NCBI GenBank assembly: GCA_951406725.2
Contig: OX597814.1
Location: 141,794,001-141,858,000 of the forward strand
From: Octopus vulgaris
Taxonomy: Eukaryota
Direction: 5' to 3'
Length of the DNA stretch: 64,000 nt
How positions within the stretch are numbered: the stretch's first letter is position 1; each line of letters starts with the position of its first letter. The notes under the pieces are model-generated. The model was not told the DNA's origin and ran no database searches. It saw only the letters and a program-made list of their open reading frames with translations. The translations under genes and the position numbers were made by a program. Shown here piece after piece: positions 12,178 through 24,980 of the stretch.

Positions 12178-12567
12178 GCATGCATGGCTGTGTGATTGGG
12201 AATCACCTCATAACCCTTTACTTTTAAACTCATTCCAATTGCATGCACTTTTTTAAGCAACTGTCTCCTCAAACCCTGGTCCAAACAAAGCTTTGTGTGT
12301 GGATTTGATAGAAGGAAACTGAGAGAAGCTTGTGTGTGTGTCTCATCTTGGCATTGTGCTAATTGTACACAAAATGACCATCACTGAATGTCTTTGTTTG
12401 CAATTTTCTGTGAAGACATGTCTGTCCACTCAGCTGTTCATGTTTGAGAACTTCAGGAAATATTACCTGCTTGGCAGCAGGAAAACTATCCGGGTGTAGA
12501 AAAATCTGCCTCAACAAATTTCATCTAAATTATGCAAACATTTAAGTGGGCATTAAAAGGATGATGA
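12178..12567 (+). mobile_element. Family B SINE (family A head with an alternative RTE-like tail)
   Basis: Decayed family A head, then ggaaatattacctgcttgg..gtagaaaaatctgcctcaacaaattt..gatga. Confidence 0.65.
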
Positions 12568-13020
12568 ATAAAATACTCTGTACTAGTAGCATCCAATTTC
12601 TTTTAGCTATATCGACCTATAAAATACTTAACAAAAAATAACACTTGTCCATAATAAGGAATGAGATTGTTGTAGGTGTCTAGAGAAATCACCAGTGTAG
12701 TTATTTGCCCTTAGTTGTAGGGAAAGCGGAAATGATGTGATGTTAGTACTAAACTGTTGATGATACTGAAATTTTATACATCCTTCTGTAGATATGCATT
12801 TGCTTTATGTAATGTAAGGAAGATGACATTTATATCCACTTGTCTTGATACAAGTGTTTGTTTCTCTGCATGATCATTTCCGTAACATATGAGCAACAAT
12901 ACTTGTGAAAATTCTTGTGATAATTGATGGGAATGAATATCCAAATTTGCAAGAAACCATACCTTTCTTCCATCTTGATGAACAGATAATAGGCACTAAC
13001 TGATTTATGGCTTAATTATT

Positions 13021-13200
13021 GGAGGGGAGGGAGTACCAGTGATCTGTTTTGCAAGGCACCCAAGATCTGGTGCAGGTGAGGGAGGGAGGGAATGCAAGTG
13101 ACCTTTTTGCAGACCACCCGAGATCCAGTAGGGGGGAGGGAGTGTTTGTGGATGTTTTTCCTTTTAGTAGAACATCCAAGATCTGGTGGAAGATGGGAGG
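13021..13200. repeat. G-rich degenerate tandem repeat, about 3 units of 55-60 bp
   Basis: Recurring gggaggga..gtga..ttttgca..caccc(a/g)agatc unit. Confidence 0.65.
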
Positions 13201-14104
13201 AAGATTTTGGTATTCTCAAACTGGAGGGTTGGTTCTGATGCTTTACAGTTAAATGAACTCTGATAATGGCACCTGAGGTGGGGGTGTTGTCAAACAGTGA
13301 TAGATTAGGTTTACTACCCAGCTGAATTAAGTTTTACTTTAGGGTTGATTAGTTTAGATATTAACGAGATATTCATCAACGTTACACACCTAAAAGTGAT
13401 CTAATCTTCAATTCCTTGTTTTGCAAAGTTATGATTTATTTGACTATGTGCCAATCTCATTGTTGGAATTTATTAAAATTAAAAACAATATGCATTTATT
13501 AAAGGAGTTTGTTATGAAGGCATTTGACTATTTTTTTAGACAACTGTTTTTAAATCTCTGGTAAATGCTTCATATGGATACAGTTACTGCCTTCAGTTGC
13601 GTTAATAATAAATGGCACAAACTGTTATATAAGGTAGTTAATCAAATAGGATCTAATTTCTAACAGTTTCTGTGGTATATTAGACTAAATGAGCTTGATG
13701 GATGGCATTTTTTTGTAGCACAGAAGTAATTATTGGAAATATCTTTTCCCTTTTAAAATATTTCAATTCTCTCGCTCTCAAATTATATAACCACATAGTA
13801 ATGTGGCTACAAATATTTGCTTTGCAACTTTGTGGATCCAGCTTTGATATACTGTGCAATGCTTTTAGCAAGAGCTTTTCTAATAGTGTTGGATGGTTAA
13901 CTAATGCCTGGTGGGTGGAATTTGGTAAATGAAAACTGTGCAGAATGCTATTGTTTGCATGTGTGTATACACAGACATATATGCATTCATGTATGTTTAC
14001 ATTAGTTGTAAAAACCAGTATTTAGGTTTCTTTTGTGTCATTACTTAGCAATAACCTAACCAACCCATGTCAGTATGGAAAAGTGGATGTAAGAGGATTT
14101 TAGT

Positions 14105-14420
14105 GATGGCGTGTGGCTTCATGGTTAGAGTATTTGGCTTACGATCATAAGGTTTTGAGTTCAATCCTCAGCGATGCGTTGTCTTTGAGCAAGGCAGTTT
14201 ATTTCGTGTTGCTCCAGTCCACTCAGCTGGCAAAAATACCTGTATTTCAAAGGATCAGCCTTGTCACACTCTGTGTTATGCTGAATCTCCCTGAGAGCTT
14301 ACTTTAAGGGTACATGTGTTTATGGAGTGCTCAGCTGTTAGCACATTAATTTCATGAACAGGTTGTTCTGTTGATCAAATGAACTGGAACCCTCGTCGTC
14401 ATAACTGACGAAATGCCAGT
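14105..14420 (+). mobile_element. CORE-like tRNA SINE (family E)
   Basis: gtggcttcatggttagag..gagttcaatcc head, ttgagcaaggcag..gttgctccagtccactcagctg core; tail shared with 4655-4970. Related heads at 9744-10030(+), 55225-55440(-) and 59152-59325(+). Confidence 0.75.
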
Positions 14421-14654
14421 TATATACACATAAAGGCACTTATTGCGAATCATTTTGAAAATGTGGCATTTTAATCCTGCAGAGGAGGAAATGTACAGTT
14501 GATTAGTCTTGACAAATGATGCTAAAGGTAAAACTAGCTTTATGTAAAGGATTTTCCATTTTTCTTCCTCTTGGTCAGATTTACAATGACCCTGAAAGAA
14601 TCTGAGTAAATTTCCACTTACCTCACTTCAAATCTTCAATATTCGTAACCAAAT

Positions 14655-14758
14655 ATACTGGCTTTGACTGTATATATACTAAATTTGGAATGTTATAGAG
14701 ATTAGCATGGCTCCTGTGCAAGGTTGACGTGCAAATTCGTGACGCATTCCATATTTTT
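14655..14758 (+). pseudogene. U6 snRNA pseudogene (near full length)
   Basis: Colinear with U6: atactggctttgactgtatatatactaaatttggaa..gattagcatggctcctgtgcaaggttgacgtgcaaattcgtgacgcattccatattttt. The ACAGAGA box is mutated with a 3-nt deletion, and there are many CpG-type transitions. Confidence 0.9.
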
Positions 14759-14922
14759 CAATGAGGTGGTGCTCAATGAGCCATGCTGGCTGTTTTTGCT
14801 TATGATTTAAATGGATTACTTACCCGTTTTTCAAGCTGCCAAAAAAAAAAAAAAGGAAATATTGGTGGTAGTGATTCTCCTTTCTCTCAGATTTATTACT
14901 TAACATCTAACTCAATATTGGC

Positions 14923-15128
14923 TTCAGATTTTGGTACAAGGCCAGTAATTTTGGCAGAAGGGGGCCAGTTGATTACAAGGGCTCAACTGGTACTTATTTG
15001 ACCCCCCCCCCCCCAAGGATGTGAAAGGCAAAGTAAACCTTGGCAGAATTCGAACTTGGAGCATACAGACGAAATGCTGCTAGGTGTTCTCCCTGTTGTG
15101 GTAACAATTTTTCCAGCTTGTCGCCCTA
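14923..15128 (-). mobile_element. tRNA-derived SINE with Nin/Deu-like central domain (family D), with TSD
   Basis: Minus strand ggcgacaagctgg..gttcgaattctgcc..gcctttcacatcc..aaataagtaccagttg. An 18-bp TSD atctaact(ca/tg)atattggc lies at 14905-14922 and 15129-15146. Other copies at about 256-420(+), 1180-1290(-), 5735-5935(-), 10395-10545(+), 26715-26835(-), 41265-41420(+), 57240-57445(+) and 58010-58195(-). Confidence 0.75.
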
Positions 15129-15570
15129 ATCTAACTTGATATTGGCATTAAATATCAATGTGACGTAAAACAGTATCGGATTTCATAAAATAGCTAGCTA
15201 GCGTGCAAATTTACAAGAGGACATTCAGTTCACATTCCTACATTTCATTGTGATACGTCAATAAGGAAGTGTTGTTTGGTCAGACTTTCTTTTGTTTTGC
15301 ATCCGACAAAATATATGTACAGCCTGTTGAATTCAAGGCTACTAAGAATAACTGAACTGTGATGAACCAATTTGAGATTGGTTGATGCAATCATTTTTTG
15401 TAATAAGCTTGTCACTATGATGTAATAAGAGTAAAATTTACCTTGCTTTGGGAGGGGAAATTCCTGCAAAAATAATTACTATGTAAATAAATTTTTTTGT
15501 TAGGTTTCCTTTGATGATTCTTAAGACTAGTTTTGTCACTTTTTTTTAATATATATATATACTTGTTCTT

Positions 15571-15616
<46 letters not shown>

Positions 15617-18600
15617 TAGCCATATTTAAATGCTTGAGTAAACCAATGATCAAAGGCTGTTTCAGCTGTGCCCATTCCATCCATTTTAGGATTAAGGATT
15701 ATTCAGTGTCCTTTTTAAGACAGCCTGAAAGATGTGATTGAAGAGGTCTATTTTTAGCAGATTGAACAACTGCATAGATGCTTGGTCCTATCTGCACACC
15801 TTCTGATTATACATCTGGGTATGTATATATGGGTGGTTCCACTGTTTAGGTTTATTTCCTACTAATTTAATTTGTATTGAAAACTTAGGTTTGTTTGCCA
15901 GTAATAGTTATAGGTTAGCTATTCTTGATATTTTTCATGTAATATGGTAGGTAGTTTTTTTTTCCTCCTGTTAATAAATTTGATTCATAGTTAGGATTTA
16001 TTTCTTATATAAATTTTAGTTTCTGATTCCCAAATATTTTTCAGAATTTCATTTTAAACATGTAACCACTTATAAGGCATACATATGCATTCAAATCTAT
16101 AACTATTAACACCATCAAATTCCAAGAATCTGGAAACTTGGCAAAATTGTAATTCTAAGGCCCAGTAAAGTCCAAAGTGATGCACTACAAAGAACCTTTG
16201 TTGCCTTACAAATTTTAGAAAACTAATCCTTCATATCAATAATCTTTACTTTTTTTGATGTTTCTTTCCCTACTGGCATGATTTGGACAAGATTGTTTAG
16301 GAAGTATTTTTATAGCCAAAGGCTCTTCCTGTCATTAATCCTTACCTGCTTTCCATTTTTTATTCCGCTTGTATTTGCATGTTTGAAATTACTGAGCTAC
16401 AGGACCTATTGCTTATGGGAAACTTAAACATAACATTTACACAAGCTTTTGTATAGTTTCCATTTACCAATTTCACTTACATGGTATTGGTCATTCTGAG
16501 TTTTAGATATTTCCCTTATGTGTCACATTAGAATAGAATCTAAGACTACATAGTTACAAAGTGAATTTCACTATCACATGACTATAACCAAGCCTTGTAA
16601 ACTGTTATAAAGTAAATTATCACACAGTCTTGAATGGATTTAAATATTTCATTTTATTGAAACGTAATGACTAATTTCAGAATAAAAAAAAAATCATTCA
16701 TATATGTTGTGTATTGGGTGAACTTGTAGTTTTTATCACTGCTCGGTAGGTTTTCTGTCATATTTCGAATTGGAATTTCTAAAGATATTCTTGATACAAA
16801 TATTGTCATATTATAGACATGCACATGTATGCACACATGCATTCATAGATATGTACACTCGCATAAATAAGCACACACAAATACATACATGCACACGAGA
16901 GTATGTATATACAAACGTACATCTATATAATCACTAAAATTAGTTATATTACTGTCATTTTGTCAAATGTATTGCTGCTTGGAATTATTGTCTGGCTTTG
17001 ATAATACCATTCTTGTATGATTGTATAGGTTACGTGGCATCGTTAATAGAAAAATTGATTTGGTAGACTAATAAAAGGTTAAGTGGTTTCAATAAATATA
17101 TACAAAAAATCAAAAGTATGACTGTTTAGCAGATTTAAACATATTGGTCTTCATTTATCTAAAAATGCATTTTTAAGCTTTATCATCCAAATCAACATAG
17201 CAGTGAGTATAGTCATTATTTGTGGTCGAGTCAAGAAAATTCCAAGTCAATGGATAAATCAATCTTTTAAGGAAAATTAGATTATCTTCTATTCATCGAG
17301 ATTCAAGTGATTCATAAAGAAATTACTTGTAGAGCTGCAGGGCATTGGAAAGAAGTATGCCATTTGTGGTGTATTGTTGATCGTTGCTTACTGAATGTCT
17401 AAAAGAGCTTGTTTGCACAGCTGGTTCTCCAGTTCAACACACACACACACACGCACGCACACGCACACACACGCACACAAAAACGCACACATACACTCTG
17501 TTTTACTCCCATTGGATAAGGGAGAATTGCATTACCTTTCTCGTTAAGCAAACTCATTGAAAGCACAAATGCAAGGATGATTTAACAAATAGAAAAGGTT
17601 TGCTTTTTGTTTTTGCTTTTCGATTTCTAGACTTAGCTTTTGGCCAAGAGTTAAGAGTATATGTGGAGATTATAGAAACTGTGGTTCCTTATGGAGTGAA
17701 TTGAAAATGATACAATGAATAGAATCAAGCAATAGATTTAAAATAGATAGCTCAGGTGCTGGAAACTAACTTCCAATTAATTTCTAATATTATTTAATGT
17801 CGTTTTCCATGCTGGCATGGATTGGGTAGTTTGAAAGAAGTTGGTGAATTGTGTGTTCTAATGTCTGCTTTGGCATGGTGTCTATGGTTGAAATACCCTT
17901 CGTAATGCCATAACAATGGCATGAATTAGATTTACTCTTGGTTGACTTAACTACTATTAAATGTCAAATGCTTGCTTAGATGTTTAAGGACAGTCATAAG
18001 GGTCATGATGTAGAATGTAAACAAGTACTTTTTGGTGTGTAAAGTAACAAGCAAGCAATTATCAGTTTTGGACTGAATTCCTTGTGTGTTTTTTCTTTGT
18101 TCTGACTTTCTACTCTGAGCTCAAGTCTTGCTGAGGTCAACTTTTTCATTCATTCTTTAGGTCTCCATAACTTACCAGTCTTAGGTTGTCTTCTGTCACC
18201 CTTTCTTTCTTTCTTTCTCTGACATCAGCCATGGTTAGACTTGACAAGGGATGGGCTCCATCAAGTTATAAATTGCCCAAGACATTTATGACAACACCTA
18301 TTACTCTATCAGCAGCTGAAGGCCCACAGCATGGCAACAACAACCTTCATGAAATTTTTAATATTTCTACAAAAGCATACATATTTTCTGTATTTGAATT
18401 TAATTTACCAGTGGCCATAAATAATTGTATTTAGTTCCTTAAGCTTACAACTACAACTTAAAGCAGATAATTTCATTCAGTTGTCTACAAAACCTGCTTA
18501 GATTCATGTTTCTTTTACTTCTGATACACATGTTGGAGAGAAGCTTCTTTTGAGTGGTTTTTGTCTAATTTTCTGCATTCAAAGCAATTAGATCATAGAC

Positions 18601-21350
18601 TCTTCTGGAAAATTATTTATTGATCTGCTGAATAATAAATACCAAATGCTCAATATTTTCCATTTAGTTTTAATATTTAATTTCTTTCTAATGATTGCAC
18701 ATGATATTCTAGTGACTGCAGTTAATAGTCGAAGTACAATATTGGACAGCATTTCATCTCTATAATTTACCATTTCAAATTTTTTTTTTCCTAGAGATAA
18801 ACTGTTCTTATATCATTTGTATTTATGAATTTTAGATGATAGTGAATGTTTGTCTAGCTAATTATAGTATTTAAATAGACAATTGAAAATTGGTTTGAGA
18901 GTTGGCATTTTATGCATGCTGCTTTTACTTTTATGTTAGTTTCAATCATTGGACTGTGGCCATACGAGGGCACACCTTGAGTTCAGTCAAATAAATCCTA
19001 ATAGTTATTACATTTGCCTCGGTTTTACCAAATGATTAAGGTCTTGTGAGCTGGTGATGTAGAGGGCTTGTGAACTGGTGACATATCATATAAAGACATA
19101 GTATGGAGAACATGTGCACACACACACACACACACACACACACAGCCTGATGCATGTCCAAAATGTTACATTGTGTGACTGAACCTGAAACCACTTTGTT
19201 TTGAACCAAACTTATTAATTACACAGCAGGGAAGTAAATGAGAATTTAGTATGGAATATTGGTTTGTCTGTTGATATAAAGCTGATTCAGTGGGTGGTAT
19301 TTGTGTAAATTCTAGGGAAATAATTATTGAATCAAATAATGGTTCATTAATTGAACAGTGTTCTATATATTGAAATTGTGAGTAGCTTTTATATTTTAGT
19401 TGAATGTAGTCCACTCGCTACTTTTCTTTCTCATCTCTTATTTGATGAACATCATTGTTTATACTGATGTGTGTGTGTGGAAAATGGCATGGAAAAGTAT
19501 GTTAAATGATAGTGTGTGTTTAAGGCCCACTTTTTCATAGTTATATGGGTCAGTTTGAGGCAGATTTTCTTTGGCTGTTTCCAACCCTCACCTGTTTCCA
19601 AACAGTTAATATTTCCTCACAACCAGGCATGTTCGTGTAGGATATTGGAAATGACACTGCTTGTATGACAGTGGCAATCATTTACAACTAAAGTGGCAAT
19701 GTTAACGCACACATATACATGTTTCCATTTGCCAGATCCATTCACAGGGCTTTGGTTGGCCCAGGGCTATAACAGAAGACACTCAAGGTGCCACGCCATG
19801 AGACTGAATCCAGAACCCTGTGGTTGGGAAGCAAGCTTCTTGCCACACAGAAGCATCACAAATACTCCAACAGTTGTCAATTTAAGGATATTTATGGTTT
19901 TGATGCCTTAAGACATTGCTACTAACTTCAATGGATTCATCTGCCAGATATGGCTGTTAGGGATTGATGCAATGGATAACACACACACACAAATCAAAGA
20001 GAAGAAAAATGTAGTTAAGTGACTGGAACAGAAAGCATGGAAAAAATTTTATTAGAACAAAATCTATGTATGGTGCATATTTGTGTGTAATATGCGCAGT
20101 GCTTGTGCCATGTAAAAAGCACTACTCACCTCGCCTGTACTTGTGCTTTGTAAAAAGCACTAAATCCACTCTGAGTAGTTGGTGTTAGGAAGGGCTAAGA
20201 AGGGCATCCAGCTGTAAAAGTCCTCCCAAAACAGTCACAAAAGTCTGGTGCAACTTTGGTTTGGCTAGCTCTTGTGGTACTGTCACACCCATGCTAGCAT
20301 GGAAGACAGATGTTAAACGATGATGATAGTCATACTGCTTATATGTAGTGTGTGTGTGTATGTGTATGTACACAAACAATTCATGTTTTTGTAAAATACT
20401 GACTACTCACTATAATATTTATAGTTTGCTTGGGCCATGATGTCCCATATATGACTGAAGTGTGAATCACGATCTAAAAGACTTCATTAGGTGGTGCTGT
20501 TAAGTTAGACATGACTTGGGCCAATGCTGGCTGAAACCTATCTAAGTCATTAGCTAGATGTAATTTTCCTTTTGTTTTTATTTCTCTTGTCTCTCCCCCA
20601 CCCCTGCTACTCAAATTCATATGTGTATATTCTCTATACTTTGTCTTTTATGTATTTTTGTGAAGTATATCTTTATTTTATTTTTTCTTCAAACTCTTGA
20701 GCATAGACATGCCATGAATATCTATCCATAAATACATAGTATTGTATAATAGTCAATGACCCTTGAAGTGATGATGGATTACCATGTTACTAGTGTTTAT
20801 AGATAGCGACGTAAGTTTCTACGCACTTTAACATCACTGTGACAAAAACAAAAAACAAAAGCCCACTTGACAGGCATTGTAATTCCGGAAATTGAGTCCT
20901 GTATTTTGTTGGTTTTTATGGTAATCTCTTTATTTTAATTTTAAAAAATTTTTTTTTATTCAATTACATTAAAAAAGAAAAACTCTTTGGTTTGTTTTCA
21001 TGTAGGGACACCAATTGGAGTCATTGTTTATGTGCTACCATACATTGTCAGAAGACAATACAGAGTATATGCATTGTACTTTGGGGAAAAAGCTTTTATT
21101 TGAAGTATAGTGTGTGACTGACTGACTGCTATACATTCAGGAATATTAAATTACTAGCTAGCTAATGGCATTTAGTGGAAACATTTAACCTATGCATTGT
21201 GCATGCATGTACGTATGCATGTGCATGCATGCACATGCATATATATACTCATGCGTGTGCACTCACATATTTGGTAGAACAAGCAAGTGAAATAGAACTC
21301 AGTATATGAGTGTGTGTGTGTGTGTATGTGTGTGTATGTATGCATGTATA

Positions 21351-21466
21351 CTTAATTTTTAATCAATAGAAAGTTATAGAATTAACTCAAGGGCCATGAG
21401 TTTCATTCACGGCACTTCTCAAACTCCTTATCCCTTGTCATTTAACTCTCTGCCAATTAAAAATAA

Positions 21467-21468
<2 letters not shown>
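21351..21468. repeat. 118-bp foldback element between microsatellites
   Basis: Imperfect 28-bp terminal inverted repeat (cttaatttttaatcaatagaaagttata vs reverse complement ctttatttttaattggcagagagttaaa) plus an inner caaggg/cccttg pair. Confidence 0.5.

Positions 21469-21526
<58 letters not shown>
21469..21526. repeat. (TG)n(TA)n microsatellite
   Basis: Read directly. Other arrays include 1488-1561 (TG), 10031-10074 (TA), 15573-15613 (CT), 23629-23767, 23913-23943, 42676-42750 and 58713-58740. Confidence 0.95.
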
Positions 21527-21528
<2 letters not shown>

Positions 21529-21640
21529 CTTCTGAAGAGCTTTGCTCGAAACATAAATCACTTTTCTTTCCTTCCCTGAGCGTCTGCTAATACTTTACAT
21601 GTATCACGTTCTCATGTTTTTTGTGTTCATTTTTTAAATT
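21527..21640 (+). mobile_element. Penelope-like 3' fragment with decayed minimal hammerhead
   Basis: ctgaa gagc ttt gctc gaaa cata directly after (TA)n. The downstream sequence (ctttccttccctgagcgtc..taatact..cacgttctcatgtt) is homologous to the reverse complement of 54341-54460. Confidence 0.5.
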
Positions 21641-21644
21641 TACT

Positions 21645-21839
21645 ATCATCATCGCTTAGCGTCCACTTTCCATGGTGGCATGGGTTGGACGGTGCAACTG
21701 GGGTCTGGGAAGCAAGAAGGCTGCACCAGGCCCAGTCTGATCTGGCAATGTTTCTACGGCTGGATGCCCTTCCTAACGCCAACCACTCCATGAATGTAGT
21801 GGGTGCTTTTTACGTGCCACCGACACAGGTGCCAGACGA
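21645..21839 (-). mobile_element. Young family C 3' end
   Basis: Near-identical to 51281-51480. Older copies at about 17790-17910(-), 20095-20327(+), 24135-24318(+), 35605-35700(-), 39981-40135(-), 50625-50720(-), 51812-52002(+) and 54540-54700(-). Confidence 0.8.
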
Positions 21840-22875
21840 GATATATATATATATATATATATTTTGCATAGTTGAAATAATACCTTTGTATATTGATTGC
21901 TATAGCCAGATTCTTACTCTATGAAATGGTGCATTGCAATCGATGATCTCTCACTCACAGTGCTTACATATTCTGGTTAAGCTGAAAATGATTACTATGT
22001 AAATTCCCAAACCCATTCTTAGGTGATTAGATGATCTGCTAATAAATTTTGTTAAAGTAATGAGCATTTCTGAGTTTCACAGTTATTGAACATAGTTTAT
22101 TTTTCCCAATAAATCATTTATATATATAACATGCACAGAATTTTTTTTTTTTTTTTAGATAATTTTTCTTCTGAGTAATCATTGTAATTATTTTCCTATT
22201 AGGACAGTATTTTTTTAATACTTTTGCATATAACAGGGCTGCAATATTGCTAGCCATTTATAATTTTATTTAAAAGTAATGAAAAGGTATTATGTAATTT
22301 CTCGCCAAAGAAAATTAGGAAATGTTTCCATTCATAATATACTGAAGTTAGTGTAAAACATACTATAAAACATGTACTATCCTATCCAGTAATTTTCATA
22401 TTTTCAGTGATCTATAGAGCATTTAATGCTTTCATTTTGCTTTCAAAGTTTACATTGAATTATAGGTTATTTGAAAAATTGTCAAATTGTGTAGTTTTCA
22501 CAAATAGATAAAACTATTTGAAATCAATTGCAGTTATTAATCATGAAACACATCAAAAGCAGATTCTGAAGTCATTTTAAATATATAACCCATGCTTTAT
22601 GAACTTTTAAATTGACATCAGATGAAATTGAGAATTAATATATAATTGGAGATAGATTTCCCATTTTGATTTACTTTGAATATAGATTTGTCAATAACAT
22701 TAATATCCTTCTCTAAAGATTATACGTTTCAGGGTGTTTTTCTCTAAGAAGTACATAAAATTGCTCCCTCAGTATTTTACTTGTAATTTTCTTGTAGAAA
22801 GTTGAAATTGTAAAGAGTTGAACTTTGGAACTAGATACCAAAATGTGTAAATCATTTCACCTAACACATTACTTG

Positions 22876-22909
<34 letters not shown>

Positions 22910-23716
22910 ATATTTACCTTTGTAATATATTGATCAAAATCTTTTCATGTTTGTATTCCTTAAAATGCATTGTAAAGCAAATATTTCAACTATTGTACAG
23001 TTGAACAAAAGCTTTTTCCCTTTTTTGCCTAAAATCACTTCCACCGCATTTCTCATTTCTTATTGTCTCTGCTCTGTGAATGTAAGGGAATTATTTTTCA
23101 TGTTGTAAAATAACTTGCAAGCAAACCCGTCTGTACAAAAACATGTAATGTATATACAAGATTTAGACACAAAGCATACGTATGAAAAATGGAAATAAAA
23201 GCAATACATATACTCAAGGTGTGTGTGAGAGAGAGATCATACATTTGTTTTCAGTGCATGTATATGATAGCTGAATCTATTACATTTTAAACACATTAAA
23301 CATCTTCATTGCTTGTGCCAATTAGATCATGGAAAACACAACAGCCATTCAAAAACACAACTTCACTTAAATACTTCTTTGGTGTCAGTTTTCATTGCAC
23401 TAATTGTGACCTGGTCACTGACATGATTCCATTGCAACTGGTTTGTGGTGAGGCTTGTAGTTATTATATCTATGGTTCAAGGTTATAAATATTTTTTATG
23501 TGTAGGTTAAATGTTTTGGTTGTCATTGCTTAGTGGTCTTAATTAGTCATTTAACTTGGTATTTGATTCTAATTCATGTACCTTCACCCTATCTCAGACC
23601 AACTCACTTGCCAGACAAGTACAGCTTTTATATATATATATATATATAATAATCATTTTAACATCTGTTTTCCATACTAGCGTGTGTGTGTGTGTGTGTG
23701 TGAATATATAAATATG

Positions 23717-23752
<36 letters not shown>

Positions 23753-23909
23753 ATGTATAGTGTGTGTAAGACGAGGCCAAAATTTTCAAAATCACTCTGT
23801 GCTATTATTTAAAAATACTTTTTGAACCTTGCAAAAATATAGGGTAACTGATCAGATTAATGTAAAATTATTTCAACTGAACATAAAAATGAACACACAT
23901 ATCACATGG

Positions 23910-23948
<39 letters not shown>

Positions 23949-24639
23949 CACCGGCTACCTTAGAGAGGAGTGAGTGCTTTTTCATGGCATCAACAAGGTC
24001 TGTTTTCGCATTGGACCCTCTAAGTTTGATAATTGATTTATAATCATAAAAATGTTTTATCACCTTCATAATAAAACACTTAATTCTATAAGTGAGTTAA
24101 CAAAATTTGAGGGTGCAATGCCAAAACAGACCTCACTGGTGCCATGCATACAGCACTCATCCCAGTTTGTAAAGTGGTTGATATTAGGAAGAGGAAGGAC
24201 ATCCAGTCATAAAAGGTATGACAAAACAGACAGAGGCACTTGGTGCAGTCTTCTCCCTAGCCAGCTCTTGTCACTGTCCAACCCATGCCAACATGGAAAC
24301 AGATGTTAAATGGTGATGAATGCTCATCTGGAAAGGCTTTGGTCACGTTATAATAAACAACTTTCGTTTTGTCTTTGAATCATCAGGTTTTAAATATACA
24401 TACGTGTGTTGTGTGTGTGTGTGTGTATGCATGTGTAACTTGTGTAGTTTAAATATTTTCTAAATATAGTAAACATCCTTGCAAAAAGATAATTTAACCA
24501 GTTACTTTGAAAATTATTACACAGCAAAATGTTGTGTAATCCTAAGGAATCTAGAGTAAGACTGTTTGACTGATAGGCTGGCAGAAGTTACACAAGAATT
24601 TACTCTTTTTTTTTTTTTTTTTTTTTTTGTTCCATTTAT

Positions 24640-24980
24640 GGATTGCCTACTCTTTGCCTTTTTTCTCCTACTCTTGTTGTGGCCCTTGCTTCTGAGTTAG
24701 TTTTTCGTATCATACTATACCACTTATGCATTCCCAACTTATCTCTCTGCTATCTCTCTGCTTTTCATCATCCACATTATGTCCATCCCTTACCTGCATC
24801 CTGTGCAAGTCCTTTCCCAATTCATCCTTCCCAGGATGTTGGCTTTCTTGAATTATGTTCCTGCACATTTTTTCTGCACCTGTCAACTTAAAATGTTGAA
24901 CCTTAATGGCACTACTCTCACCTCTCTTAACATGACTGTAAAGGTTACAGGCTCATCTACTTCACCTAAACTAAATATAA
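24640..24980 (+). mobile_element. Decayed CR1-like LINE 3' end
   Basis: The overlapping short ORFs give LCLF..SEL..HHPHYV..FILPRM..LNYVPAHFF, matching the CR1 ORF2 C-terminal pattern (SLFYRY..CSSEL..SFxPRT..WNxLP). Confidence 0.55.

Noticed and set aside
21190-21260. Cluster of TGCATG (Rbfox) motifs
   Set aside because: Part of decayed (CA/TG) microsatellite sequence common throughout the window, and far from the exon.
23944-24030. TA-adjacent segment with a 9-bp inverted pair (cttagagag / ccctctaag)
   Set aside because: No recognisable ribozyme core or TIR/TSD; too weak to call.
24355-24390. Other CUGANGA..GAAA matches (minus strand 24386-24362 and 904-885; plus strand 25322-25340; also a loose match at 58644-58678)
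   Set aside because: Stems I-III cannot be formed or the core is too degenerate.
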